In this document: positions 51,972 through 61,680 of the stretch, piece after piece
Position numbering within the stretch: position 1 is the stretch's first letter
How the letters are laid out: each line of letters starts with the position of its first letter
DNA from: an uncultured Gemmatimonadales bacterium
Lineage (GTDB): Bacteria > Gemmatimonadota > Gemmatimonadetes > Palauibacterales > Palauibacteraceae
Length of the DNA: 64,000 nucleotides
Reading direction: 5' to 3'
NCBI GenBank assembly: GCA_963783385.1
Contig: CAWANJ010000006.1
Location: 256,001-320,000 of the forward strand
Position numbers and translations under genes: made by a program
The notes under the pieces: generated by a model
Databases searched by the model: none
The model's input: the letters and a program-made list of their open reading frames with translations, nothing else
What the model was told of the DNA's origin: nothing

Positions 51972-53255
51972 TCACTCCTCAGCGTCGAGGATCCGGCGCG
52001 CCGCCCGGCGTCCGCTGTCCATGGCGCCGTGCACCGTGCCACGCCCGGGACCGGAGGCCAGCGCCTCGCCCGCGAAGTAGAGAGTATCCTCGACGGGCTC
52101 GGACAGGACCTCCGCCGCGTCGAGGCCACCCACCGGCACGTAGCCGTAAGCCCCCCGGGTGTAGGGATCCGACTGCCAGTCGTGCGTCCACGCCTCCACG
52201 AGGCGGCTCTCCAGCGCCTCGCGCTCGAGGCCCGGGACGGTGGCCAGCGAGTCGAGAGCGCGCTCGATCACGTACTCGTCCCGTCGCCCCGCCAGCCCGC
52301 GCGCCGAGGGACCCCCGGTCCATCCCGTGAGCTGGACGGTCGAAGGCTCCGGCTCCCCCACGGACGCGCTCCACCACACCGGAAAGTCCCCGTCCAGGCC
52401 GAGTACGAAGCCCGGAAGCCCCACCGGGAGCGGCGTCTCGAGGCGGAGAACGACACGGCACGCCGAGCCCATGGCCAGGCGCTCGAGAGCCCGGCGGGCC
52501 CGGGATGGCTCGGGCTCGAACCGCACGGCCCCGGGCACCCCCGAGGGCGCGTGCAGGACGCCCAGGGGGAGCGTGACCAGGACCCGGGTGGCCCGGTAGG
52601 GACGGTCGCCGGCCTGCACGGTCACCGAGCCGCGCTCCCAGTCGACGCGGGTCACCGGAGAGCCGAGCACGAGCTCGGCGCCGGCGCTCTCGGCGAGGTC
52701 TCGGAGCCGGCCGGGCACGGCGTCGTAGCCGCCCGGCAACCGGAAGCTGCGCTCGGCCTGCTCGGGTCCGGCGCCGATCAGGGAGCGTGCCGACACCCAG
52801 CGGGGGTCGGCCGCGTGGAAGCCCGCCACGAACGCCAGCGCCCGCCGCCTCGCCGCGGCCTGACCCCGCTCTCCGAGGATCCTCCCGGCGAACTCGGCCG
52901 CGGACTCGCCCCGTCGCGCCTCGTCGAGTCGATCGAAGAGCGCCTGGGACCCCGAGCCCTCTGCGGCGGGCCGCCGAAGCCGGCCTTGCTCGAGCTCCCG
53001 GAGCTCGCCCCCGGTCTCCTCGAGCTCCAGGCCGGACGCCTGCGCCAGCGACAGGAGTGCCGGCGGCTCCCCGTGGATGAACTCCGCCCCCAGCTCCACC
53101 GGCCGCCCGTCACCCTGGGGCCGCAAGGTGAAGACCCGTCCTCCCACGCGGTCCCGGGCCTCGAGGACGACCACCTGGCGGCCGGCGCGCGCCAGCTCCG
53201 CCGCCGCCGCCAGTCCGGCCACCCCGGCGCCCAGGACCGCGACGGACCCGCTCAC
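51972..53255 (-). CDS. Flavin monoamine oxidase family protein
   Basis: GAGVAG, EARDRVGGR, ELGAEFIHG, DPYTRGAY, FAGEA, GTVHGA. Confidence 0.92.
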   Translation of the reverse strand: MSGSVAVLGAGVAGLAAAAELARAGRQVVVLEARDRVGGRVFTLRPQGDGRPVELGAEFIHGEPPALLSLAQASGLELEETGGELRELEQGRLRRPAAEGSGSQALFDRLDEARRGESAAEFAGRILGERGQAAARRRALAFVAGFHAADPRWVSARSLIGAGPEQAERSFRLPGGYDAVPGRLRDLAESAGAELVLGSPVTRVDWERGSVTVQAGDRPYRATRVLVTLPLGVLHAPSGVPGAVRFEPEPSRARRALERLAMGSACRVVLRLETPLPVGLPGFVLGLDGDFPVWWSASVGEPEPSTVQLTGWTGGPSARGLAGRRDEYVIERALDSLATVPGLEREALESRLVEAWTHDWQSDPYTRGAYGYVPVGGLDAAEVLSEPVEDTLYFAGEALASGPGRGTVHGAMDSGRRAARRILDAEE

Positions 53256-53580
53256 CGGAGCGATCCGGCCCCGGGGAACGGGGAGGGCTGCGGAACGGAG
53301 ATGTTACGCATGATGCGTAGCCATCGTACGAGGGATGGTCCGAGCCGGTCGTTTCGAACACGCGCGACCCGGCCGCGGGCGGCGGTTCCTCCATCCGGCC
53401 GCCATGGGGCTGCGGACGGGGTGTGCGTTCGGTGCGCCGCCCGAGGGAGCGTCTTCCGTTCGGCCGGGCAAGACGCGGGCCGCCTCTCCGGCCGCCAGCC
53501 GGCCGACCCTCGTCCCGGGGCCGATCTCCGTTTACGATCAGCCCCGGCCGGACCGGCCCGTTACTTCGTGGAGGTCAGCC

Positions 53581-54662
53581 ATGTGTACGTCACGCTTCCG
53601 CCCCGTCTTCGCCGCCGCCGCCGCGCTCCTCGTCCTGGTCCCAGGAAGGGGACGCGCCCAGGACCACCCGATCGCGATTGTGATGCACGGCGGAGCCGGC
53701 ACGATCCTCCGCGCGAACATGACGCCGGCGCTGGAGGCGCGATACCGGGCCAGGATGACGGAGGCCCTCGAGGCCGGGTACGCGGTCCTCGAGCGGGGGG
53801 GCCGCGCACCCGACGCGGTGGTCGCCGCCATCTCGGTCCTCGAGGACTCCCCGTTGTTCAACGCGGGCAAGGGCGCTGTGTTCACCGCCGACGGTCACAA
53901 CGAGCTGGACGCCGCCATCATGGACGGCGCCACCCTCAACGCTGGAGGCGTGGCGGCGGTCGAGCACATCGCCCACCCGATCCGGCTGGCGCGACTGGTC
54001 ATGGACAGCTCCAGGCACGTCCTCCTCATGGGCTCGGGGGCCGAGGAGTTCGCGCTGGAGCACGGCATGCGCCTCGTGCCGCACAGCTACTTCTTCACGC
54101 AGGAGCGCTGGGACCAACTCCAGAAGGCGCTGCGCGGTGAGCGGGAGGAGGGAGCGCTGGGCGACACGGCGGGAAGGAGGGGCTCCGGCGGCGGGCGCGG
54201 GGCGGGCGCCGGAAGCGAGGCAGGAGCCCCGTCCCACTTCGGCACCGTGGGCTGCGCCGCGCTGGACCGCTACGGCCATCTGGCGGCGGGCACGTCGACC
54301 GGCGGCCTCACGGCCAAGCGCTACGGGCGAGTCGGAGACTCCCCCCTGATCGGGGCCGGGACATACGCCAACGACTCGACGGTGGCCGAGTCGGGCACGG
54401 GCATCGGCGAGGACTACATGCGCATGGACCTCACCAAGGAGGTGTCGGACCTCATCGCCTACGGGGGCTGGCCGCTCCGCAAGGCGGCCGACTACGAGGT
54501 GAACCAGAAGCTGGTACGGCTCTATGGGAAGAACACGGGAGGGCTGATCGCCCTGGACCGTCAGGGCGACATGCCATGCCGTTCAACACGCCGGGGATGT
54601 ACCGGGGCTACATCGACACCAGCGGGAGGCTGGTGGTGAAGATCTACGCCGACGAGGAGTGA
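53581..54662 (+). CDS. Isoaspartyl peptidase/L-asparaginase (Ntn hydrolase) with signal peptide; apparent 1-nt deletion frameshift near 54572
   Basis: HGGAG, FNAGKG, ELDAAIMDG, G|TVG, TSTGG, GRVGDSP. Adding one C gives DIAMPFNTPGMYRG and a stop at 54662. Confidence 0.9.
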
Positions 54663-54668
54663 ACGGAG

Positions 54669-54697
54669 GGAGGCCGGGCCTTCGGGGCCCGGCCTCC
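54669..54697. terminator. Strong hairpin between convergent genes
   Basis: GGAGGCCGGGCC-TTCGG-GGCCCGGCCTCC. Confidence 0.55.
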
Positions 54698-54737
54698 GCC
54701 GACCCGGACGCGTCCGTCCGGCGTTCCCTGGCTCCGT

Positions 54738-56210
54738 TCAGACCTTGGCGATGCGGAAGACGGCCAGGCTGCGCATCGCATTGTAGAAGCTGAAGTTCGG
54801 GTTCCCCGTGAGGTCCGCCTCCATCTTCTTCGCCTCGGCGCCCCGCTTCATGGACTGGAGGCACGCGGCCTGCACCGACCGGCCCATGTCGTCCCCGGGC
54901 TCTCCCAGGGCCGTCAGCGCCTCCTCGTGCTGGCCTGCGTTGTGGAGCATCATGGCGCGACCGGTGCGCACGAGGCTCAGGAGTCCGGCGTTCCCCGCCC
55001 CCGTCTTCTCCAGCCGGTCGAGGGCGGCGCCCGCCTCGGATCGATTGGCGCTCGCGTAGGCCAGAGCGGTCCAGGCCTGGTGGCCCGGCGTGTCGGCGCC
55101 GCCGAGGGCGGCCGCTACCGACAAATGATCGTCGATGTCCTTGCCCTTGTTGAACATGGCGTCGGCCACCGCCAGCTCGTGGTGGATCGCGGCCGCCAGC
55201 CCCTTGTTTCCGGACGCCTCGGCGTCACGCGCCGCCGCGGTCAGCCCCGACATCGCCTCCTTCGACTTGCCGTCCATCAGGTACGCGTGGGCCAGGGCGC
55301 GCTCCACCTGGACCCTCGGCGTCCCCTGCGGAGCCGTGGCCAGGGCGTCCTTGATGTGGCTACGGGCTTCCTCGTGCTCGCCGGCCAGCCAGCTCAGCTC
55401 GGCCAGCCCCATCGAGGCCTCGTAGAAGGACGGATCGATCTCGAGGGCCTTCCGATACTCGGCGGCCGCCTGATCGTACTGTCCGTCCCACTGCAGGAGC
55501 TCGGCGTACGAGTCGTGCGGGTTGGGATGGTCCGAGCGCAGCTCGGCGTACTTGCGGACCGCCGCGAGGGCGGCCTCGTGGTCACCGGCCGCCCAGGAGG
55601 CGTAGGCCAGGTTGTTGTAGGCCGGAGCGAAGTCCGGGTGGTCCTGAACGATCGACCGCATCGTCGCGACCTGATCGCTCCCCGGAGCGCCCGGTGCGGT
55701 GAGCTGCGCGAGCTGGAACGCCAGTCGCGCGTCATCCGGCGCCAGTTCGGCCGCGGCGTGGGTCGCCGCGATCGCGCCCGGAAGCCTCCCGGCGTTCCAT
55801 TCCCTCCACGACAGCGCGAGGAACATCTCCTGGGCGGGAGCGTCCTTCAGCATCTCCATGCCGCGCTCGACCTCCCCGTTGCTCTCGTCCGGACTGAGGC
55901 CCGGCGCTCCGAACCCGTACAGCACGTGTGCGAGGCCGAAGCCCGGATCCAGGGACATGGCCTGCTTCAGGTGCGGGACCGCTCCGGCCGGATTGACGTT
56001 GTTGAGCTCGTCCCAGGCCATCCAGAAGTGCTGGACGGCTTCCTTCGAGGAGGACGTCACTGTGAGCGCCTGCGCCGTGCCGGACGCCTGCGCCCGGACC
56101 CCCGGGACGAGGAGACAGGCCAGCAGGGCGGCGACGAGCATGCCCCACATGGGATGGACACGGGTGGAGCGGGGTGGCGCCTCCGGGCGCCGGGAGTGAG
56201 GACGGGACAT
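54738..56210 (-). CDS. Secreted tetratricopeptide-repeat protein
   Basis: Signal peptide; TPR-like units (AMSLDPGF, FAPAYNNLAY, NPHDSYAE, YRKALEIDPSF); AAGGAGG RBS. Confidence 0.85.
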   Translation of the reverse strand: MSRPHSRRPEAPPRSTRVHPMWGMLVAALLACLLVPGVRAQASGTAQALTVTSSSKEAVQHFWMAWDELNNVNPAGAVPHLKQAMSLDPGFGLAHVLYGFGAPGLSPDESNGEVERGMEMLKDAPAQEMFLALSWREWNAGRLPGAIAATHAAAELAPDDARLAFQLAQLTAPGAPGSDQVATMRSIVQDHPDFAPAYNNLAYASWAAGDHEAALAAVRKYAELRSDHPNPHDSYAELLQWDGQYDQAAAEYRKALEIDPSFYEASMGLAELSWLAGEHEEARSHIKDALATAPQGTPRVQVERALAHAYLMDGKSKEAMSGLTAAARDAEASGNKGLAAAIHHELAVADAMFNKGKDIDDHLSVAAALGGADTPGHQAWTALAYASANRSEAGAALDRLEKTGAGNAGLLSLVRTGRAMMLHNAGQHEEALTALGEPGDDMGRSVQAACLQSMKRGAEAKKMEADLTGNPNFSFYNAMRSLAVFRIAKV

Positions 56211-56280
56211 TTCGACCTCCTTTGGGATGGCTTGTTCCCGTCCGCAGTCCGCGGCGGGTCAGTGGAGCGGAACAACATAG

Positions 56281-56294
56281 TTAGGTGGCCCTAA
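56281..56294. promoter_or_regulatory. DtxR/MntR/SirR-like operator
   Basis: TTAGG-TGGC-CCTAA inverted repeat in an AT-rich patch between divergent genes. Confidence 0.45.
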
Positions 56295-56357
56295 TTTGGG
56301 AATACCCCCGCCGTCCCCTCCTGTACGGAGACGCGCCTTCCGCGTATCCTGCGAGCC

Positions 56358-57866
56358 GTGATGCACGACCGAATCATCCGGCTGTTTCGATCCCACTTCG
56401 GGTCGGACCCCGTCACCGTCACGGCGCTGGCGGGCGACGGATCGGCCCGCACCTACCTGAGGCTCATCGGGCCGGACGGGCGGGGAGTCGTGGGAGGCTA
56501 CGGACCCGAGCGCGAGGAGAACCGGGCCTTCGTCGCCTACGCCCGCGCCTTTCGGGAGGCCGGCCTTCCCGTTCCCGACGTCCTGGCGGCGGACCTGGAT
56601 GCGGGCGTGTGGCTGGAGGAGGACCTCGGCGACGTGACCCTGTTCGACGCGCTGCGCGCGGCCCGCGAGCGGGAGCGGACGACCGGGGCCGACGACGCCG
56701 CGAGCACCGGCGGCGCCGGCCGAGCGGCGCTCCCCGCGGAGATCCGCGGCGCATACGGGCGGGTGGTCGACTGGCTGCCACGCTTCCAGGTCGAGGGGCA
56801 CCGGGTCGCGGACTACCGGCTGGCCTATCCACACCGCGCCTTCGACCGGCAGTCCATCCTGTGGGACCTGAACTACTTCAAGTACCACTTCCTCAAGCTG
56901 GCTCACGTCCCCTTCCACGAGGCGCGGCTCGAGCGGGACTTCCGGAGGCTCGCGGCCTTCGTCCTGCGTGCCCCGGCCGACCACTTCCTCTACCGGGACT
57001 TCCAGTCGCGCAACGTGATGCTCCGGGAGGGCGAACCCTGGTTCATCGACTTCCAGGGCGGGCGGCGCGGCGCCCCACAGTACGATTTGGCCTCGCTGCT
57101 CTTCGACGCGAAGGCCGACCTCCCGGCCGTCTTCCGGACGGAGCTCGTGAATCGTTACCTGGATGCGAGGGCGGCCCTCGAGCCCGTGGACCGGAGCGGC
57201 TTCCTGGAGCTGTTTCCGGGCTTCGTGCTCGTTCGGCTCATGCAGGCGATGGGGGCCTACGGGTATCGAGGCTTCTACGAGGGCAAGCCCCGCTTCCTGG
57301 AGAGCGTGCCCTACGCGGCGCGCAATGTGGCCGGCATCCTGGAAGAGGGGCTACCCGTCGAGACGCCGGAGCTCGAGGCCGTCCTCGAGAGGATCGCCGA
57401 GCGCTGGAGCGTCGAGGGGGGCGCGGAGCCGCGTCGTCGCGGCATGACGGTCCACGTCACCAGCTTCAGCTACCGGCGCGGATATCCGTCCGATCCTGCC
57501 GGACACGGCGGCGGCTTCGTGTTCGACTGCCGATCGCTGCCCAACCCCGGCCGCGAACGGGCCTACGTGGAGCTCACGGGACTGGACGAGCCGGTGCAGG
57601 CCTACCTCGAGGCCGAAGCGGTCTGCCGCGCGTTCTTCGAGCACGCGGCCGCCCTGGTCCAGGAGCAGGTGACCAGCTACCGGGCGCGCGGCTTCACCGA
57701 CCTGGCCGTGGCGTTCGGATGCACGGGCGGCCAGCACCGCTCCGTCTACCTGGCCGAGCGCCTCCGGGCCGTCCTGCGGGAGCGCTTCCCGGAGGTGGAC
57801 GTGGACGTGACCCACCGGGAGCGGCCCTTCTGGCCGAACGGCGGGCGGGACACGGCGGGCGCGTGA
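56358..57866 (+). CDS. AmgK-like sugar phosphotransferase fused to a RapZ C-terminal domain
   Basis: GDGSARTYLR, EDLGD, YRDFQSRNVM, IDFQG; C-terminal SFSY...GGFVFDCRSLPNP...GCTGGQHRSVY. Confidence 0.88.
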   Translation: MMHDRIIRLFRSHFGSDPVTVTALAGDGSARTYLRLIGPDGRGVVGGYGPEREENRAFVAYARAFREAGLPVPDVLAADLDAGVWLEEDLGDVTLFDALRAARERERTTGADDAASTGGAGRAALPAEIRGAYGRVVDWLPRFQVEGHRVADYRLAYPHRAFDRQSILWDLNYFKYHFLKLAHVPFHEARLERDFRRLAAFVLRAPADHFLYRDFQSRNVMLREGEPWFIDFQGGRRGAPQYDLASLLFDAKADLPAVFRTELVNRYLDARAALEPVDRSGFLELFPGFVLVRLMQAMGAYGYRGFYEGKPRFLESVPYAARNVAGILEEGLPVETPELEAVLERIAERWSVEGGAEPRRRGMTVHVTSFSYRRGYPSDPAGHGGGFVFDCRSLPNPGRERAYVELTGLDEPVQAYLEAEAVCRAFFEHAAALVQEQVTSYRARGFTDLAVAFGCTGGQHRSVYLAERLRAVLRERFPEVDVDVTHRERPFWPNGGRDTAGA

Positions 57867-58708
57867 GGCTCGCCGACCGGCCGGACGCCATGGTGTTCGC
57901 GGCCGGCCTCGGAACCCGTCTGCGGCCCCTCACCGAACGGGTGCCCAAGGCGCTGGTCGACGTCGGCGGCCAGCCCGCCCTCGGCCGCGTCCTCCGGCGT
58001 CTGGCCGCGGCCGGTGCCGGCCGGATCGTGGTCAACGCCCATCCGTTCGCCGACCGGGTGGAGGCCTACCTGCAGGAGATCTCGGCGGAGCTCCGAACCG
58101 AGAGCCCGGGCCCCGGTCCGCTCCTCCTGCTGTCGCGCGAGCCGGAGCGCCCGCTCGAGACGGGCGGCGGTCTCCTGCGCGCCGCTCCGCTGTTCAACGC
58201 CGACCGTCCCATCCTCCTCCACAACGTCGACGTGCTCACGGGCCTCGACCTCGGCGTCCTCCTCGCGGCCCATCGGGGCTCGGGCGCGCTGGCCACCCTG
58301 GCCGTTCAGGACCGGCCCTCCGCCCGCCGGCTCCTGTTCGACGAGGCCGGGCTCCTGGGCCGCGAGGACGAGCCCCTGCGCGAAGCGCGCGGCGCGGTGG
58401 TCGCTCGGGCCTTCGCGGGGGTGCACGCGGCAGCACCGGAACTGCTGGGCGCCGTGGAAGCGGTGGCGGGAGAGGTGGCCCGCGGGCCACAAGCAGGACG
58501 GACCGCGGTCGGGGCGGGCCCGACCGGGGAAGCGGCGACCGCCCCCGGGGCCGCCCCCGTGTTCTCGATCGTGGATGCCTACCTGGAGCTGGCCGCCCGC
58601 GGCGCCTCCATCCGGCCCCACGACGTCACGGGCGCTCCGTGGTACGAGATCGGAACGCCCGAGCGACTGGAAGAGGCGCGAAGCGCGGTGGAGGCCGGGC
58701 GGGTCTAG
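57863..58708 (+). CDS. MurU-like NTP transferase
   Basis: AAGLGTRLRPLT, PKAL, LETGGG, NVD, WYEIGTPE; GTGA overlap. Confidence 0.85.
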   Translation: MRLADRPDAMVFAAGLGTRLRPLTERVPKALVDVGGQPALGRVLRRLAAAGAGRIVVNAHPFADRVEAYLQEISAELRTESPGPGPLLLLSREPERPLETGGGLLRAAPLFNADRPILLHNVDVLTGLDLGVLLAAHRGSGALATLAVQDRPSARRLLFDEAGLLGREDEPLREARGAVVARAFAGVHAAAPELLGAVEAVAGEVARGPQAGRTAVGAGPTGEAATAPGAAPVFSIVDAYLELAARGASIRPHDVTGAPWYEIGTPERLEEARSAVEAGRV

Positions 58709-58727
58709 GGATCGGCCCCGGCGCCTC

Positions 58728-59282
58728 TCAGGAAGAGTCGGCCGTGGCGTGGCCCGCCATCGCGTGGCCGGCCGCGTGGTGGTCTTCCCGCTGGAAGGCG
58801 AGGAAGCGGTGGATGGCCGCGACCGCCTCGGGGTCGCTGGTGGAGATCCGCACCGCGCCACCCCTCGGGAGCTCCTCGAACTCGTAGCGGATCGCGTCTC
58901 GCTTCGCGGTCATCACGTCCGTGCCCGGCACGTCCGCGCGGTCGTGCACGAAGGCGGGGATCCGGAAGTCCCCGGCGGCGAAGGCGGCCGCGATGTGACG
59001 CAGGTGCTCCCGGATGCGCTCGACGCCGGCCGGGTCCTCGACCTCCCGCTGGAGCTCGATCCGTCCGCCATCGGAAAGGTCGTCGAAGTGGTGCGCGGAG
59101 GTGTACTGGTCCACGCCCATGGCCGCCGGCGAGGCGCCGCGCCGCTGGAGCGCGGCGAAGGCGGAATCGGAGTCGGCCCGCGGCGTGTCCGCGCGGTTCC
59201 CGGCCTCGTGCCCTCCGCATCCCAGGAGGGCCGCCGCCAGCCCCAGGGCCATGATCGCCGGAACCCTTCCATCTCGCCGCAT
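58728..59282 (-). CDS. Hypothetical His-rich lipoprotein
   Basis: Lipobox LLGC; MGVDQxxSxHHF, AIHRFLAFQREDHH motifs. Confidence 0.7.
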   Translation of the reverse strand: MRRDGRVPAIMALGLAAALLGCGGHEAGNRADTPRADSDSAFAALQRRGASPAAMGVDQYTSAHHFDDLSDGGRIELQREVEDPAGVERIREHLRHIAAAFAAGDFRIPAFVHDRADVPGTDVMTAKRDAIRYEFEELPRGGAVRISTSDPEAVAAIHRFLAFQREDHHAAGHAMAGHATADSS

Positions 59283-59346
59283 CCCCATCTCCTCCCCGGA
59301 TTCGGTCCGCTGCCTACGTGCTCGATTCCCTGCGTCCCGCCCGCCA

Positions 59347-60540
59347 CTACCCACCGACCCCTCCGAGCGCCCGCTCCAGGTCCGCTACCAGGTCCTCCGC
59401 GTCCTCGACGCCCACGGAGTAACGGATGAGCCCCTCCGGGATGCCCATGGCGGCGCGCTCGGCGGGGGTGCACTCGCAGTGACTCGTGGTCGCGGGCGGG
59501 CCCGCCACCGTCTCCACCGAGCCGAGGTTGGCCGCCAGCCGGGCCCAACACAGCCGCTCCAGCACCCGGCCTACGGCCTCGAGGCTGGACTCCTGGAGCT
59601 CGAAGCTCAGCACGCCTCCGAAGCCGCGCATCTGCCGGCGCGCGATCTCGTGCCCCTCGAACGACTCGAGCCCGGGATAGTGCACGCTGGCCACCGCCGG
59701 GTGGGACTCCAGGAAGCGGGCGACCCGCAGGGCCGTCTCGTTCTGGCGCCCGATCCGCAGGTGGAGCGTCTTCATCCCGCGCAGGAGGAGGTAGGCGGCC
59801 ATCGGGTGCAGCGACGCCCCGTGGATCTCCCTGTAGTGGAAGATCCGCTCGATGAGGGCCGACCCGCCGCAGGCCACGCCCCCGAGCGCGTCGGCGTGCC
59901 CGCCCAGGAACTTGGTGGCGCTGTGCAGGACCAGGTCCGCCCCCAGCTCGAGCGGCTTCTGATTGATGGGCGTGGCGAAGGTGTTGTCCACCATCACGAC
60001 GGCCCCGGCCGCGTGCCCCGCCTCGGCCAGCCGGGCCACGTCCACCACCTTCAGCGTCGGGTTGGTGGGGCTCTCCAGGTAGAGCACCTGGCAGCCGGCC
60101 GACACCTCGCGCTCGATGGCCTCATGGTCGGTGGTGTCACACAGGGCGACCTCGATCCCGAACCGGGGCAGGAACTCTGTGAACAGCCGGTTCGTGCCCC
60201 CGTAGCTGTCCTTGATCGACACGACCCGGTCTCCGGGGGAGAGAATGGCGTATAGGGCGCTGCTGATGATCCCCATGCCGGTGGCCGCGCTGGTGGCGGC
60301 CTCGGCGTCCTCCAGCTCCCGGACCTTCTCCTCGAAGGCGGCGACGGTCGGATTCGAGTTCCGCCCGTAATTGTGTCCCGGCGCCTCGCCCCGCGCCACG
60401 CGCAGCCACTCGTCCAGGTTGTCGTAGCCGAACGAGACACTGTGGACGACCGGCACCTGGGTGGCGTTGGTGTCCAGGCGGCCGGACTCCCCGGCCCATA
60501 CTGACAGGGTGCCGGGACTCGGGCGGCGATCGTCGGGCAT
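59347..60540 (-). CDS. Cystathionine gamma-synthase/lyase family PLP enzyme
   Basis: YGRNSNPT, ESPTNP, DNTFATP, HSATKFLGGH, RYSVGVE. Confidence 0.93.
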   Translation of the reverse strand: MPDDRRPSPGTLSVWAGESGRLDTNATQVPVVHSVSFGYDNLDEWLRVARGEAPGHNYGRNSNPTVAAFEEKVRELEDAEAATSAATGMGIISSALYAILSPGDRVVSIKDSYGGTNRLFTEFLPRFGIEVALCDTTDHEAIEREVSAGCQVLYLESPTNPTLKVVDVARLAEAGHAAGAVVMVDNTFATPINQKPLELGADLVLHSATKFLGGHADALGGVACGGSALIERIFHYREIHGASLHPMAAYLLLRGMKTLHLRIGRQNETALRVARFLESHPAVASVHYPGLESFEGHEIARRQMRGFGGVLSFELQESSLEAVGRVLERLCWARLAANLGSVETVAGPPATTSHCECTPAERAAMGIPEGLIRYSVGVEDAEDLVADLERALGGVGG

Positions 60541-60623
60541 GGCATCTCCTTCATCGGGCGCGGCGGGACCGGATCGCGCGTGTCGGCCCCGGACAGGGTG
60601 CGCAGCTCCTCCTCGCGAGTCCC

Positions 60624-61577
60624 CTACTCGATCGGGATCCTGTCCCCGTACTTCTCGAGCCACGCGTCGAAGGAGAGCAGGTCCGGGTTCAGGTCCCGGC
60701 TCTCCTCGAGGCTGCGGCGCCCACAGTAGTACTCGTTGAAGTCGCGCTTGAACTGGAACATGTTGCCCAGGTCGTCGGCGCCCGGGAAGCCCAGGCCCCG
60801 GTACACGTCGGGGCTCACCGAGTTGTAGACGACCTCTTCCCCGAGGGCCCGCGTGAGGCCCGCTGCCATCTCGTCACCCGTCAGGTGCCCGCCGGTGATG
60901 CCCACCGTCTTCCCGATGTACCGGTCTCCAGCCTTGAAGATGCCGTAGGCGCACTTGCCGATGTCCTCGACGGCCATCGAGGGGAGCTTCGCGTCGCCCA
61001 TGCACATCGTGAGGGCCAGCTTGCCGTCCGGGCCGCGCTGGGGGCCCGAGCCGAAGTAGATGAAGTTGTCCCAGTAGAACGAGGTCACCAGGAAGGTCGT
61101 CGGCACGCCGGCGTCGGTGAACAGGTGGTTCGCCTCCCCCTTCGCGTCGAAGTGGGGCACCTTGTACTTCTCCATGAGGGTGGGCATGCGGTCGTCGTCG
61201 AGGGGCACCCAGTTGCGCGTGTCCTCGAGCGTGGACCAGATGACGTGCTTCAGCCCCTCCGCCTTCGCCGCCTCGGCCATGTTGGCCGCCTGCGCGAGCT
61301 CCTTCTCGGGCGAGAAGTGCTCCCAGTAATTGGTGACGCAGTAGGCGCCGTACGCGCCTCGGAAGGCGCGCTTCAGGCTCTCCACGTCGTCGAGGTCCGC
61401 CTGGACGACCTCGGCGCCGAGCCGGGCCAGCTCCTTCGCCGCCTCCGAGTCGGGCTTCCGGGTCAGGGCCCGCACGCGGAACCCTCCCTCCGGATCGTCC
61501 AGGATGGCGCGGGCCAGCCCGCCGCCCTGCGCGCCCGTCGCTCCCACGACGGCAATGATCTTCTGCTGCTCGGACAT
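60624..61577 (-). CDS. NmrA/HSCARG family protein
   Basis: GATGAQGG, VTNYWEH, WSTLED, VPHFDAKG. Confidence 0.92.
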   Translation of the reverse strand: MSEQQKIIAVVGATGAQGGGLARAILDDPEGGFRVRALTRKPDSEAAKELARLGAEVVQADLDDVESLKRAFRGAYGAYCVTNYWEHFSPEKELAQAANMAEAAKAEGLKHVIWSTLEDTRNWVPLDDDRMPTLMEKYKVPHFDAKGEANHLFTDAGVPTTFLVTSFYWDNFIYFGSGPQRGPDGKLALTMCMGDAKLPSMAVEDIGKCAYGIFKAGDRYIGKTVGITGGHLTGDEMAAGLTRALGEEVVYNSVSPDVYRGLGFPGADDLGNMFQFKRDFNEYYCGRRSLEESRDLNPDLLSFDAWLEKYGDRIPIE

Positions 61578-61646
61578 GGTCCTTCTCCCTGTCGGACGGC
61601 GATCGCTGCAACGCGCACCCACGCGCTATCCTGTCGGGTCTCTCTG

Positions 61647-61662
61647 TGCCAGCCTCGTGCCA
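61647..61662 (-). promoter_or_regulatory. Putative sigma54 promoter of the nmrA-like gene
   Basis: TGGCACG-AGGC-TGGCA, a close match to TGGCACG-N4-TTGCW. Confidence 0.6.
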
Positions 61663-61680
61663 GTATCGGGGCCGCTCACC

